This document shows, piece after piece, positions 8,982 to 18,951 of a stretch of DNA of 64,000 nt. Source of the stretch: a virus (lineage: Duplodnaviria; Caudoviricetes). The notes beneath the pieces were generated by a model. It was not told where the DNA came from and did no database searches. It saw only the letters and a list, made by a program, of their open reading frames with translations. The stretch spans positions 64,001-128,000 of IMG/VR virus record IMGVR_UViG_3300045771_000049, one strand, 5' to 3'. The position numbers were made by a program, and so were the translations under genes. How positions within the stretch are numbered: position 1 is the first letter of the stretch; each line of letters begins with the position of its first letter.

Positions 8982-9521
8982 ATGCGCTATCGTGAACTGA
9001 TGATCGAGACGACTATCCCCGGTGTGCCACCCAGCGGCAAATTCATTGCCTATCACGGCACCGGGGCGAAGATCACCCAGTTCTTTCAGCCCTCGCTGGC
9101 CGGGCATTTCTTTACCCAAGACAAGGACTACGCCAAAGGCTACGCGGGTGGCAAAACACCGCTGTCGAAAATCGACAAGCCTAAGAAAACCCGCAACTAT
9201 CTGCTCACGGTCGAGCTAGAGATCAACCACATGTTTGACACGAAACATGATCCTCAGGCCTTGGCGTATTACAACACGCGGTTTGTTCCGCAGATCAATG
9301 AAATTCGCGCCAAATATCATCAACCGCTGGTGCCGATCCTCGATCCTGGGCGGTTTGTCTCATTTGTCAATGCTGACGATTTGTACCGCCACTTCATGCG
9401 TTTCAAGCCCGACTATGACGGGATGCTGGTCGATGAGGGCAGCTTTACGTCTCCGGCCATCGTCCCATTCAACGTCGCGCAGATCAAGATCGTGAAGACC
9501 GAGATCGTCAAGTTTGACTAG
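8982..9521 (+). CDS. ART-PolyVal-like protein with leader
   Basis: TAAATA 8971-8976; MRYRELMIE; AYHGT, GHFFTQDKDYAKGYA, YDG, FNVAQIK. Confidence 0.7.
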   Translation: MRYRELMIETTIPGVPPSGKFIAYHGTGAKITQFFQPSLAGHFFTQDKDYAKGYAGGKTPLSKIDKPKKTRNYLLTVELEINHMFDTKHDPQALAYYNTRFVPQINEIRAKYHQPLVPILDPGRFVSFVNADDLYRHFMRFKPDYDGMLVDEGSFTSPAIVPFNVAQIKIVKTEIVKFD

Positions 9522-9730
9522 GTTATTTCAATCGGCCGATGATCGTGATATCGGAGGCGACTTTGAACACGACGCTCACCGGCTCTCCCTCGGGGTTCAT
9601 GTCATATAAGCGCACGCTCCGAAAGCCCATGCCAAAACATTCGTTCATCACCGCGTTTTGGAACGATCCGCTCATCCGACACGGTCTTCGCACAATCGCA
9701 TCCAGCGCCGGAGATCGGTCTGCATCTGAG

Positions 9731-10489
9731 TCATAGCGCGAAATGCTGACGCAATAGTCGGCTGATCATGGCATCAAGCGCGTCTAATGTGGCACCCTCG
9801 GCATGATCGACGTAGCGTTCATAGGACTTGCTTTTGGTCGCCATGAGATGTCGATTGCCTAAAATCGTGTTCAGCATCGCCGCTCGCATCGTCTCAGGCA
9901 CTTTTCGCAGCACACGAATGAGATCATATGCCACGGTGTGGGCGTAGGCTTCAAGTTCATGCGGTGCCGACAAATACCGATCATCAGTTGCACTACTGAA
10001 GTCGCCGCGTCTGCAGGAACCCGGCGCGTTAAGCTGATCCCGCGTAAATTGCTTTTTAAGCAACTGAACCACATGAACAAACTCATGCCCAACAGCACCA
10101 GCAAACAACTGACATACTTCATCGAAAACCTCATCGCTTTCCGAAGCCGCTGCCAAAACCGGGTACGGTAGATAGATGTTAACCTTTTTGCTCACGATGC
10201 CGGTTTCAGCCCGGACCTCCGAGCCAGCGCGATCGATCTGAATTTTGACCGGAGGGGAACTGAAACTGAAATGGCGTTGCAGCCAACCACCGTATTGCTT
10301 GACCAAATCCGCCATGATGTTCTGCAAATCATTTTGCAACTTGTTGCCGAGTTGCCGGGCACTGCCAAAATCGCCATTGAAATCGGCAAAAACCGCATTG
10401 AAACTTGCCTCTGCGCGATCAAACACGAAGGTGTCAATCGCGCGTTCGTCGGCTTCGACCAGCTTAATCCAATGTGTCAGGGCTTTCAC
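9731..10489 (-). CDS. leader-bearing zincin-like metallopeptidase
   Basis: Leader MKALTHWIKLVE; HEFVH (HExxH) and YLSAPHELEAYA; promoter 10496-10501. Confidence 0.7.
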   Translation of the reverse strand: MKALTHWIKLVEADERAIDTFVFDRAEASFNAVFADFNGDFGSARQLGNKLQNDLQNIMADLVKQYGGWLQRHFSFSSPPVKIQIDRAGSEVRAETGIVSKKVNIYLPYPVLAAASESDEVFDEVCQLFAGAVGHEFVHVVQLLKKQFTRDQLNAPGSCRRGDFSSATDDRYLSAPHELEAYAHTVAYDLIRVLRKVPETMRAAMLNTILGNRHLMATKSKSYERYVDHAEGATLDALDAMISRLLRQHFAL

Positions 10490-10516
10490 TTGAGATATTT
10501 ATCCGAGACGGATCGA

Positions 10517-10861
10517 TTACGCCACCCAGCCGTAGGTCCAGTGATCGTCCTCTTGGGCGTCACAGGGCTGCCCCAGATGGCAATCGTCCATTGGAGCGCC
10601 ACATAGTAGGCAGAACCGGCCTGCGGCGTCCCAGGTATGGCCGTGCGGGTTTGCGGGCATGAGTGGCGCCGGGGTGTTCGGCTGGCCTACTCGTTGGCAG
10701 CTATCTAGGTCATCATCGCCACCGACGACGAGCAGACAATGCTGCTCGTTGACGCAAGCAAACGCGAAGTTCGGCGGATCGGGCCGCCCGATGAAGGCAG
10801 CAGGCCGATCCTCAAGGCCGTGCCTGTTTAATATCGATCGCACCAGTTCTTTAGTGGTCAT
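10517..10861 (-). CDS. hypothetical Cys/His-rich protein
   Basis: ORF coupled to the upstream gene; CxxC motif. Confidence 0.45.
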   Translation of the reverse strand: MTTKELVRSILNRHGLEDRPAAFIGRPDPPNFAFACVNEQHCLLVVGGDDDLDSCQRVGQPNTPAPLMPANPHGHTWDAAGRFCLLCGAPMDDCHLGQPCDAQEDDHWTYGWVA

Positions 10862-11109
10862 CAGCGGCTCTCCTCTGGCACAAGCCACGCATCCCGCGCC
10901 CCGATTGCATCGGTCAGATCGCTGGTCACGGCATAACGCTGGGCGCCTGCAAACTCCGGATCAGACGAGAGATTGTCGATCGGGACGGCTTTGCCATGCA
11001 CGAAGGCGAAGATCGGAGTGCCCCGACTATCGCAATAGAACTCCGTCACCGTGATTTCTGCGCCGGGATAGATGAACAACCTGATCTTTTGACCTGCACG
11101 AAATCCCAT
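10861..11109 (-). CDS. hypothetical protein
   Basis: GGAGG RBS before MGFRAGQK. Confidence 0.5.
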   Translation of the reverse strand: MGFRAGQKIRLFIYPGAEITVTEFYCDSRGTPIFAFVHGKAVPIDNLSSDPEFAGAQRYAVTSDLTDAIGARDAWLVPEESR

Positions 11110-11119
11110 ACCATCCTCC

Positions 11120-11569
11120 TTAACGATAAGCCGGTACGACACTGATGCTGTTGAATGGTGAGCCGTTGATCAGTTTGGTGCTCACCACGGTATAAACCAG
11201 AACATTCTTTTCTGTATCGACGGCTCGGTGTATCTGAAAGGTTTTGAAGAAAATCGAGCCAGAGCGGCTGGCTATGACTTCTGATTTGGGCATATCGGCC
11301 GGGATGGTTATCGGTCCGGTGGCCCGGCACGCCACGGAAAACCGGCTGGGGTCTTCGGCAAAGCCCAAGCCGCCGGTGAGACCACCCGTCGTCGCGCGGG
11401 ACAGATAGCATGATACGTTGGCCACCCGACTATCATCGAAGCGCTCGACGATGACTTTGTCATCCGGGCCGAGCCAGCGGAAATTGGTGTTGATCTGATC
11501 GATCTCGGTTTGGGCGATGGCGGATGTGCTGACACATAGCGCCAAGGCGATCCACGATAACCGGTGCAT
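11120..11569 (-). CDS. creA: CreA family protein
   Basis: Signal peptide; IVERFDD.RVANVSCYLSRATTGGL.G.LGFAEDPSRFSVACR, SIFFK, NGSPFNSISVVP. Confidence 0.9.
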   Translation of the reverse strand: MHRLSWIALALCVSTSAIAQTEIDQINTNFRWLGPDDKVIVERFDDSRVANVSCYLSRATTGGLTGGLGFAEDPSRFSVACRATGPITIPADMPKSEVIASRSGSIFFKTFQIHRAVDTEKNVLVYTVVSTKLINGSPFNSISVVPAYR

Positions 11570-11622
11570 CTTGAGGGTCCTTCGGTCTGGGTAGCCGTTT
11601 CTGTATTTCATCGTCGGCCGCA

Positions 11623-12375
11623 TTAGGCAATGTCGGTCTCATCGATCATGTTACTGGCCGGATAGAACGTCCCGGCATTACCGATCGCGGATTTGATCTG
11701 GGTTGACGCAAAGACCGCGTAGATATCAGCGGCCTTGCCACTGCCCTCCTGACGATCTTTCACATTCCGCACGATCAAGCCATCATAGCCCTTCTGTTTG
11801 GCCAAAGCCATAAGATCGTTGGTTGTCCAAACATCATCTTCATAATAAATGTCGCGCCAACTGTCGCCCTTCGCATTCACCCGCAGCGGTTTGATCATCC
11901 GCAGATAGGCCATGATCACGTTGCCACCCTCGGCAAAGCTCTTGACATCCTGAATGGCGTGTTGCCTGAAAAACGCACAGGCCGCGTCGAAGTCGTTATC
12001 CGTCATCAGGAGCTTGTGATATTGTTTTTGCTCGACCTCGGTGGCAAAGCCCCAATCCTCGGTCTGTTGTCCGGCATAGCTTTGCGCCATGTCGGTGGAA
12101 TTGGTGAAAATGAACGTGCCCGTAGGCACGCCGGTCTGGGTGTTCGAATTCGACATCGCTGGATCGAAGAAGCGAAAATCCGATTTGGTGCCATGATAGA
12201 CCACCAGCGGTTGGCCACTGCGATTGACCACCCGGCTCCGGCCAAACCACTGCCAAAACGCTTGGGTTGCGGTGGGGGTCTGGGCGATCGGACGTCCCAA
12301 ACTGTTGGTTGGCGGAGTCGTCGGTGCTGTCCGCTTGGCTTCGACCAGTTGCGACCAGTGGCGTAAGGTGTTCAT
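11623..12375 (-). CDS. ART-PolyVal-like ADP-ribosyltransferase with leader
   Basis: Leader MNTLRHWSQLVE; FWQWFGRSRVVNRSGQPLVVYHGT, FIFT..AQSYA, GYDGLIVRNV.D, QIKSAIGNAGTF. Confidence 0.8.
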   Translation of the reverse strand: MNTLRHWSQLVEAKRTAPTTPPTNSLGRPIAQTPTATQAFWQWFGRSRVVNRSGQPLVVYHGTKSDFRFFDPAMSNSNTQTGVPTGTFIFTNSTDMAQSYAGQQTEDWGFATEVEQKQYHKLLMTDNDFDAACAFFRQHAIQDVKSFAEGGNVIMAYLRMIKPLRVNAKGDSWRDIYYEDDVWTTNDLMALAKQKGYDGLIVRNVKDRQEGSGKAADIYAVFASTQIKSAIGNAGTFYPASNMIDETDIA

Positions 12376-12388
12376 GCGCTAGTTTCCT

Positions 12389-12538
12389 TTAAGGCGTCGC
12401 GCACGTCCCATTCGCCTTGTAGCCGGTCTGCGGACGCTTCGTAGCGGCCCGCAGACCGGCTAAGTCACACTGGCTGCCGAGTTTCGCCGGATAGCGATAT
12501 CCGTCCACCTGCTTTATCCACTGTCGAATATCGTGCAT
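12389..12538 (-). pseudogene. leader-only remnant ORF containing a long hairpin
   Basis: Promoter 12544-12549; MHDIRQWIKQVDG then about 36 non-informative residues that include the 12420-12462 inverted repeat. Confidence 0.5.
12419..12462. repeat. GTAG-footed, REP-like inverted repeat
   Basis: (G)TAGCCGGTCTGCGG ... CCGCAGACCGGCTA with 14-bp perfect arms. Confidence 0.65.
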
Positions 12539-12556
12539 GGTGATATTTAATGCACA

Positions 12557-12709
12557 TTAGTTGCTCTCACGTTTCTTGCGGTTCTCGATCAAATACTCCC
12601 GCATGGTTTTGGTCCGTTCCCGGAGTTCGTCGTCGCTCAACCCTTCCATGGATTTCGCTAGAGCTTTAATCCAGGCCAAACGCGCCTGATTGTTCGGATC
12701 ATCCGACAT
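12557..12709 (-). CDS. small hypothetical protein
   Basis: Helical, charged 50-aa ORF. Confidence 0.4.
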   Translation of the reverse strand: MSDDPNNQARLAWIKALAKSMEGLSDDELRERTKTMREYLIENRKKRESN

Positions 12710-12723
12710 GGTCATCGATCCCG

Positions 12724-12957
12724 CTAACGATAGTTGGTATTCCATTGGCCTTGACGCTGTTGATCCTGTCGCTGCTGATGTTTGTTCAGTTCATGCCCCC
12801 CGATACAGCCAGCAATGGCGCCCAGGATGCCGTGATGGGCGAGATGACCGGCCGCGCCCCCGGCAATTCCCCCACTGATGCAACCGATCGCCTGGGCGGG
12901 CCTAATCTGATTCAGCGCGAACACGCCGACCAGAGCGACGATGATGAGACAACGCAT
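12724..12957 (-). CDS. small secreted Gly/His-rich protein
   Basis: Signal peptide then GCISGGIAGGAAGHLAHHGILGAIAGCIGGHE, a common proteobacterial family. Confidence 0.7.
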   Translation of the reverse strand: MRCLIIVALVGVFALNQIRPAQAIGCISGGIAGGAAGHLAHHGILGAIAGCIGGHELNKHQQRQDQQRQGQWNTNYR

Positions 12958-12972
12958 GCGTAACCCTCCATA

Positions 12973-13350
12973 TCACCGACTGAGTTTGTGAAATTCCATG
13001 GTATCCCCGGACGCGGTCAAATCCAGCACCTGCCCGTCCGCAGACAGTTTATAGGTATCATGCTCCACGGTCGGCGCGCCATGGGCCACTGTGACATGCG
13101 ACTGGCTCGGCGTGAACACCAGGGTGCCACTGGTCGCGCTGGCAACCGTCTGCCGATAATAGCCCGCCATCTCGGCGATGGTTTCTTTGTTTTTGGTCGT
13201 CTCGCTGTTCCATTGACCATCCGGTTCAACGTTCATTTCGATAGTCACACCATCATTCAGATCGGCGATCCAATATCCGGCCACGCTGGCATCGGCCAAG
13301 GCCAGCGTTGGCCACGCCAGCAGTAGACCGCCGACAATAAACAGTTTCAT
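12973..13350 (-). CDS. secreted beta-rich protein
   Basis: AAGGAG RBS; signal peptide MKLFIVGGLLLAWPTLALA; VAGYW. Confidence 0.65.
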   Translation of the reverse strand: MKLFIVGGLLLAWPTLALADASVAGYWIADLNDGVTIEMNVEPDGQWNSETTKNKETIAEMAGYYRQTVASATSGTLVFTPSQSHVTVAHGAPTVEHDTYKLSADGQVLDLTASGDTMEFHKLSR

Positions 13351-13540
13351 TCGATTCTCCTTGGAAGTGTGAACCACGCGATGTTCCCTCATTGGTAGGC
13401 AACCGTCAACTCCTGCCGCAAATCTCACAGGCGCCATCAACCAGCGCCCAGAACTGTCAGTTTCAGCCTCGCCCACGGTCCCGACGGTTGACGCTGTGGT
13501 CTATAGGTTTTATTGTTGGTCTCGTCACCAGGAGAGCAAA

Positions 13541-13864
13541 ATGCAGGCGCCATGGCGGGTCAGTGATCTCATCCATGAAATGGACATCAAAGGATTTCTC
13601 ATCATGTGGCGGGGCAATCGACCAATATTGATGCGGCTCGCAGGGACCAACGATTTATTCCTGCCGGTGTTTTCGACCGAAGAAAAACTGCAAGCCATGG
13701 ACATGCCATTTGATAGTGTCAGACGCATCGATGACATGGCGGGTTTTCTCGGCAGTTTGCCATTTCGCACGCTGGATGGCTGTCGTCTGCGGATCATTGT
13801 TGATCCCTATCAGACGGCGCGCGGGACCACGCGGTTCCGCGAGATATGGCGACCCATTCATTAA
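13541..13864 (+). CDS. hypothetical protein (weakly SseB-like)
   Basis: GGAG RBS; FLPVFSTEEKL. Confidence 0.45.
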   Translation: MQAPWRVSDLIHEMDIKGFLIMWRGNRPILMRLAGTNDLFLPVFSTEEKLQAMDMPFDSVRRIDDMAGFLGSLPFRTLDGCRLRIIVDPYQTARGTTRFREIWRPIH

Positions 13865-13958
13865 GCCATTTAACACTCATTCGGTGGTCGGTGGCCAGTG
13901 CCGAGACCGGCCACCTTGATAAGCCAGACCACCACCCACACTTAACGTGCTGCTGAGT

Positions 13959-14558
13959 TTAGCCGACGAATTTCAGTAGACGGGAGTACCAAGGTTTACG
14001 ATCGGGCATACCGGCAATGGCAATAATCCTGCCATGATCCCAAATCCCCAAACATTCGTCATGGATGGTCCCGTCGAGATCACAGTAGGTGACATTGAGA
14101 ATAGGATCGTCGTAGAAATATTCAACGGTAAATTTGGCGTCCCAGATGTTGCGGTGTACCGTGGCGGCGACTTTGATGATCTCGGCCGGAGCGGCTGTTT
14201 GATCCGGCGTGGTCATCAATTGGGTCACCGAATTTGATAGCTGTCGTTTGATCACCCTGAAATTGGGTTCGTATTGCAGATCGCCAAACGGCAGTTCGTT
14301 CTGTTCCCGTGGGAACCAGTCGTTACCCATTGCCCGACTCGCTAGTTGCCGCTTGGTCCAGAAGGCATGGCCTTCCGCAATAAGTTGCGCCTGATAGGGA
14401 CCGATCGCCGCATAGCGTTCAAGCACAAGACTTTTGTGCTCTTGAACGATCTGGTGCGGCACGGGCTGGATACCGATCGCTGCCAAGGTGTTGGGGATCA
14501 GGGCTGGGACATCGAGATGGTTTTGACCAGGGGGGTTATCGAATGGCATATGGTTCAC
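13959..14558 (-). CDS. hypothetical phage protein
   Basis: 199-aa ORF with DDPIL..CLGIWD tail. Confidence 0.55.
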   Translation of the reverse strand: MNHMPFDNPPGQNHLDVPALIPNTLAAIGIQPVPHQIVQEHKSLVLERYAAIGPYQAQLIAEGHAFWTKRQLASRAMGNDWFPREQNELPFGDLQYEPNFRVIKRQLSNSVTQLMTTPDQTAAPAEIIKVAATVHRNIWDAKFTVEYFYDDPILNVTYCDLDGTIHDECLGIWDHGRIIAIAGMPDRKPWYSRLLKFVG

Positions 14559-14621
14559 CTTTCACATAACTGGTTAGGCATGACCATGGTCTGTCTAATT
14601 CGATGTTCTGTCAATGGCTTT

Positions 14622-14975
14622 TTAAATTGTTAATGACTTTTTGAAAATCGGTTCGATCGTAGTGAAGGAGGCTTGTTTTCTGGTACGCGGGATGATGATG
14701 TCTTTGGTTTTCAAAAACCGCCCACGATCTCCGGAGTTCAGAAAGCCGATCAGAACATGGCTGATGTCGGAGGCATCAACCTGGACCAGAAACACCGCAA
14801 TGTTGCCGACTTTTTCCAGGTAGCGTTTCATCGGTTCGGTTTTGGTGCTGAAATGCGCGTAAGGCACGTACACAAACTGCGAGTAACATTCGAAGGGCAG
14901 ATGCACGCCAACGCTGCCGAGAACGCGGCAATGCTGTTTCGCTTGATCGATATTCCAAAGGCTTAATTCTGTCAT
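14622..14975 (-). CDS. hypothetical protein
   Basis: AAGGA RBS; 117 aa. Confidence 0.5.
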   Translation of the reverse strand: MTELSLWNIDQAKQHCRVLGSVGVHLPFECYSQFVYVPYAHFSTKTEPMKRYLEKVGNIAVFLVQVDASDISHVLIGFLNSGDRGRFLKTKDIIIPRTRKQASFTTIEPIFKKSLTI

Positions 14976-15181
14976 GCTGCGTCCTTAGCAAGGATTCGAC
15001 AGGGGTCAGATCAAGTTGGGGATCGTTTGGCTCGGCGGCTAAAATGAAGCTTGCTCATTTTCCCGCCAATCCGCAGGACCGGCCTCCACCAGTGGTATCC
15101 ACTGCCGAAGATTATATATCATCACCTATTTACAAACCGCACAGAAACATGTTATCTCTGAGTTAGGAAGGGACCCCTGCT

Positions 15182-15409
15182 ATGTGCTACCCATCGTGCC
15201 TGCATTTCGTCGGATTCAGAGATGATGCTTATCTCCGGGCGGTCAGGCTGTTCGGTCGCCCCGACATGGTGCATCGGTTCTGGGACAAACGTGCGGTCGG
15301 GGACGTGGCGCCGGGTGATACTGTGGTATTCGCGCGCGACAAGGACTGGCAACGTTATCTCACCGGACAGCCAACACCGTTTTCATTCAATGACTCCGAG
15401 GAATTTTGA
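15182..15409 (+). CDS. small phage protein
   Basis: LHFVGFRDD..RAVRLFG.PD.VHRFWD.RA..DVAPGDTVVFA. Confidence 0.6.
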   Translation: MCYPSCLHFVGFRDDAYLRAVRLFGRPDMVHRFWDKRAVGDVAPGDTVVFARDKDWQRYLTGQPTPFSFNDSEEF

Positions 15410-15518
15410 CCTTCGTTGCGATGCGTGAGTTCGCGCATGGATGGATTTCCTGATATAGAAAACTGGCGCTAGTCGATGAGCGGCGCCTAAATATCACACG
15501 CAGTGAAGGAAAAGACAG

Positions 15519-15890
15519 ATGAGTTTTTTGAGTGGCATTGTCGGCAATCTGATGGGGCAGACCGAAGGCGGTGCATCGCCCGTGCATGACGTGTTGGCGG
15601 GCTTGGTTGGTGGCGGCCAGCAGGGCGACATTTCGGCGAACCAAGGCGGCCTGACCGGATTGATCGAAAACTTCCAGCAGGCCGGTCTGGGCGACATGAT
15701 TCAATCATGGATCGGCAACGGGCCGAACCAGTCGGTGCTTCCGGAGCAAATCCGAAGTGCCATGGGCAACGAATGGGTGCAGCGCATGGCGAGCGCTTCG
15801 GGTCTGGTGCCGGAAGACCTCCTCAATCATCTCAGTCAGCATCTGCCCAATGCGGTCGATGCGATGACGCCGGATAGCCGTATCGATTAA
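15519..15890 (+). CDS. YidB (DUF937) family protein
   Basis: GGLTGLIENFQQAGLGDMIQSWIGNGPNQ..LSQHLPNAVDAMTP; TAAATA 15488-15493. Confidence 0.9.
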   Translation: MSFLSGIVGNLMGQTEGGASPVHDVLAGLVGGGQQGDISANQGGLTGLIENFQQAGLGDMIQSWIGNGPNQSVLPEQIRSAMGNEWVQRMASASGLVPEDLLNHLSQHLPNAVDAMTPDSRID

Positions 15891-16912
15891 TGCTGTCCGT
15901 GGTAGATCACCACATTGGTATCGCCCATAAGATGGCGGTTGACCGACATCGATTGAACGAAGACTTTGTAATTGCCTAGCGCACGCGGCGAGACGGTGAT
16001 CTGACCGGAGTCCGGGAAGCCCAGCATCTGCCGGGCGACCCGGCCGGTATAGAATTTCGCGGTCGTCTTGTCCTGAATGATGATGTGTTTGCGTTCCTGC
16101 ACCTTCTCGGTCTTGGTGAGTTGATAATACGCTGATCCCTGGCTGTAGCTGCCATTGCGAGTGGTGACGAATTCCCTGATCTCGATGCGATTTTGTTCGA
16201 TCGGCACGTAGAGTTGCAGGATCAGGCCGGAAATGTCCTCCAGATTCGCTTTCACCTCTTGCGTGCTGAGTTGCGACAAATCGGCATAAAACCGGGTGGT
16301 GCTGGTTTCACCCTTGCTGCGGGCGGCGTAAAAGCGGTTAAACGCGGTCGAGGTTGCCGCACTGGCCACCTCGACGCCGCGATCGGTTTGTTCCCATTCC
16401 AAGATGTTGCCAGGGTGGATGCCATGCCGGATCAGGGTCTTTGCGTCGCCCTTCGGCACCCGGAAGACGAAGGTCCAGCGATCGGTGTTTTGCAATTGCT
16501 TGATCTTCTCAGTCAGGCGCGCGGCCGTCCAGCGGCCGGATCGATTTTCCTGCCCGTCCGTGATCACCATCACCAGAAAGGAGACCTCCAGATCATCGGC
16601 ATCCGGCACGGCGGCCATCATTTCGATCAATTCGCCAATCGAATCAAACAACGGGGTGCCGTACCCATCTGCGACGTATTGGGCCTCCGGGATCGCGCGC
16701 AGAACCTGCACATTGGAATTGACCGTCTCGCGGATCACGGCGGCCTTTGTACCCACGCCACATTTCACCACGTTGACGATGGTATCAATCGCATTTTCGC
16801 GGGCGGCGATCTGAATGGTGGCGATGTTGTTGTTGTAATCCCGGCAGGCGGGACGGGCGATATGGGCCATCGACTGGCTGTGGTCGCGAGAAATTCCGAC
16901 ATATTGCTTCAT
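15887..16912 (-). CDS. vWA-domain protein
   Basis: MIDAS DHSQSM, GTPLFDSIG, VMVITDGQENRS; promoter 16962-16967. Confidence 0.85.
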   Translation of the reverse strand: MKQYVGISRDHSQSMAHIARPACRDYNNNIATIQIAARENAIDTIVNVVKCGVGTKAAVIRETVNSNVQVLRAIPEAQYVADGYGTPLFDSIGELIEMMAAVPDADDLEVSFLVMVITDGQENRSGRWTAARLTEKIKQLQNTDRWTFVFRVPKGDAKTLIRHGIHPGNILEWEQTDRGVEVASAATSTAFNRFYAARSKGETSTTRFYADLSQLSTQEVKANLEDISGLILQLYVPIEQNRIEIREFVTTRNGSYSQGSAYYQLTKTEKVQERKHIIIQDKTTAKFYTGRVARQMLGFPDSGQITVSPRALGNYKVFVQSMSVNRHLMGDTNVVIYHGQH

Positions 16913-17046
16913 GATATTTGCCTATGATAATTGCCAATACAGTATTCGCATACTGTAGTGCTATTTATCCAGAAAATTCAGCAGTAATGCGGAAATATTC
17001 GACTTGAAGAACTGATGTAAGCGAGGGAACCGCAGTTCGTTCGAGG

Positions 17047-17481
17047 CTATCGAAGGCGCAGATGACGGGGATCGAAGACGATCAGGGTGCCAACTTCACC
17101 CAGCAGAGCGTCGGGAAACTCGGCATCCGGCCGGGTAATTTCGATGCCATCGTAGCCCGCTGCTTGCAGTTCAGCGCGAAACGCCGCGACAGTCTCCGGA
17201 CTGCTTCGGCGCGGAAACCGGTCATAATATTGATTGATGGGTAATTTGAAATAACGCCCGTGCCGCAGCATCAGCGCCATGACGTGCTTGTCTTTGCTGA
17301 ACGCCGGGTAATTGGCAGCATGCTGCGCATCGCGGCTGACAAAATGACCGAGCAGCGCCGTGGGATGACTGCTGCTGTCGCCGCGATGCGCATCGTCAAA
17401 TGTCGTGAAATGGCGATCGGTGCCATGATAGACTGGATGTTCGCCTTCTACCAAACGCATCCATTGACGCAGATTAGACAA
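17047..17481 (-). CDS. minimal ART-PolyVal-like protein with leader
   Basis: Leader MSNLRQWMRLVE directly before VYHGT; LGHFVS..AANY; AGYDGI; IVFDP; promoter 17510-17515. Confidence 0.75.
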   Translation of the reverse strand: MSNLRQWMRLVEGEHPVYHGTDRHFTTFDDAHRGDSSSHPTALLGHFVSRDAQHAANYPAFSKDKHVMALMLRHGRYFKLPINQYYDRFPRRSSPETVAAFRAELQAAGYDGIEITRPDAEFPDALLGEVGTLIVFDPRHLRLR

Positions 17482-17512
17482 ATCGCACCCACTTTATGCC
17501 AGATTGCCTTAT

Positions 17513-17728
17513 TTAACTCCCTGACGGGGGTCCGTGTCCAGCGCCTTCCCACCGACCGAGCACGATCTTGAGTTTGGCCAGCATGTCCTCACGCGGCATA
17601 GTGCCGATGTAGTTGAGACCGGTCTCCTCGGGCATGAAAACCAGCAAGGCGATATCTTCCTTCGGATAATATCCCTGGACGGCCTTGATGGCTGCCCGCA
17701 TGCGTAGATCATTTTGAATTTCGTTCAT
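17513..17728 (-). CDS. hypothetical protein
   Basis: GGAGG RBS; NYIGTMPREDML. Confidence 0.55.
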   Translation of the reverse strand: MNEIQNDLRMRAAIKAVQGYYPKEDIALLVFMPEETGLNYIGTMPREDMLAKLKIVLGRWEGAGHGPPSGS

Positions 17729-17921
17729 TGTTTCCCTCCTGCACCGAGCAATCATAGCAGATGATCGGATCAGCAGTCTCACGGTGGAACGACATGTGGG
17801 TCGGTTGCGCGCACACCGTGCAGTTCACCGGCTGGCGCAAGATGCCGAAAATGAGGTCGAAGTACTGGGCGTCTTCGTCAGGGTGATAAAACGCACCACA
17901 CGTATAGGCTTCTGTGATCAT
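17709..17921 (-). CDS. small Zn-finger protein
   Basis: CTVC...CYDC; GGAG RBS. Confidence 0.5.
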   Translation of the reverse strand: MITEAYTCGAFYHPDEDAQYFDLIFGILRQPVNCTVCAQPTHMSFHRETADPIICYDCSVQEGNNERNSK

Positions 17922-17946
17922 TGTAGCTCCCCCTCGACAAGTTAAC

Positions 17947-18573
17947 TTATTCCGATCCAACCCAGCCCGGCAAATAATCAGCCGTTTGCCCCCTCGCAAG
18001 TTTCACCGCGTCAGCCAAGGCGTCGGCAAAATTGTCTGCGATGGCGGCCTTCTTGACGTGACGGCGCAAAAAATCCGCCCAGAGAAACTCGGAATAATTT
18101 GAGATATCCTTGGCGAAGCCGCCCGCCCGTCGCAGCGATCCGGCGAGCGATCGATACGGATCATCAGTCAGCTTATCAATCGTCTTAGGGATGTCGGCAA
18201 ATTTGACCCGCTCGCCATCATCGTCATAGGGATGGCACCATCTGTTGAGGTCGAGAACAGTCCAGAACGACGCCTTTTCGACCCGGCGCAAATCGGCGAC
18301 CTGATTGGTCAGGACCATTTCGACCCCTTCATCCACCAAGGCGCGCGCCAGATGATGACGGTCCACCATATACATGCGATCTTTGCGCGCCAGGACGATG
18401 GGAATCACGTGACGGGCAAGAAACTCCGGCCCGTCATGTTCGATACGTTTACGCCACAGTTTGCGTTTCTGTTCAACTTCGTGATAGCCAACCGTCATCT
18501 GCGTCGGCCTCAGGTCGGTGAGTTTGACAGGATGTAATGCAGGAACGATCACGGGCACTGGTTTACTCCTCAA
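17947..18573 (-). CDS. ParB-like nuclease family (ParBc_2) protein
   Basis: LRPTQMTVG, MVDRHHLARAL, DDPYRSLAG, YSEFLWADFLR, LPGW. Confidence 0.88.
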   Translation of the reverse strand: MRSKPVPVIVPALHPVKLTDLRPTQMTVGYHEVEQKRKLWRKRIEHDGPEFLARHVIPIVLARKDRMYMVDRHHLARALVDEGVEMVLTNQVADLRRVEKASFWTVLDLNRWCHPYDDDGERVKFADIPKTIDKLTDDPYRSLAGSLRRAGGFAKDISNYSEFLWADFLRRHVKKAAIADNFADALADAVKLARGQTADYLPGWVGSE

Positions 18574-18951
18574 TCGGTTCGCAGCGCATCATAACTTGAT
18601 CATCCAGTTTGGCAAAGTCCTTTTATGCCTCCCATCACCGCCCGCGCTTGCGGGCAATGATCTCGGTATCCACCCCGGAGAACAGGTCGATGATCTCCAC
18701 CAGTTCATGCGCGTTGTGCAGGAACTCGATCTCATTCTTGATTTCCACCCAAGCCTTGGTGATAAACACCAAGACAAGCTGACGTTGAGCGTCGGTCAAT
18801 GTCTTATCCACCATCATGCAAACTCCATTTTGTTCGACACCGCTATAAGGCCGCCCAGGAGGCTGCCCAGTGGCCTGTGGCGATGGCGGCAGGGCCACTA
18901 GCCAAAACAGCACGCACGCCGCCTAGCATGGCTTAGAAGCCCGTAGCGTGG

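Noticed and set aside
5354-9521. ORF-track starts at 5354, 5844, 6335 and 8907
   Set aside because: These upstream extensions run through the promoter or the previous gene; starts reassigned to the leader Met
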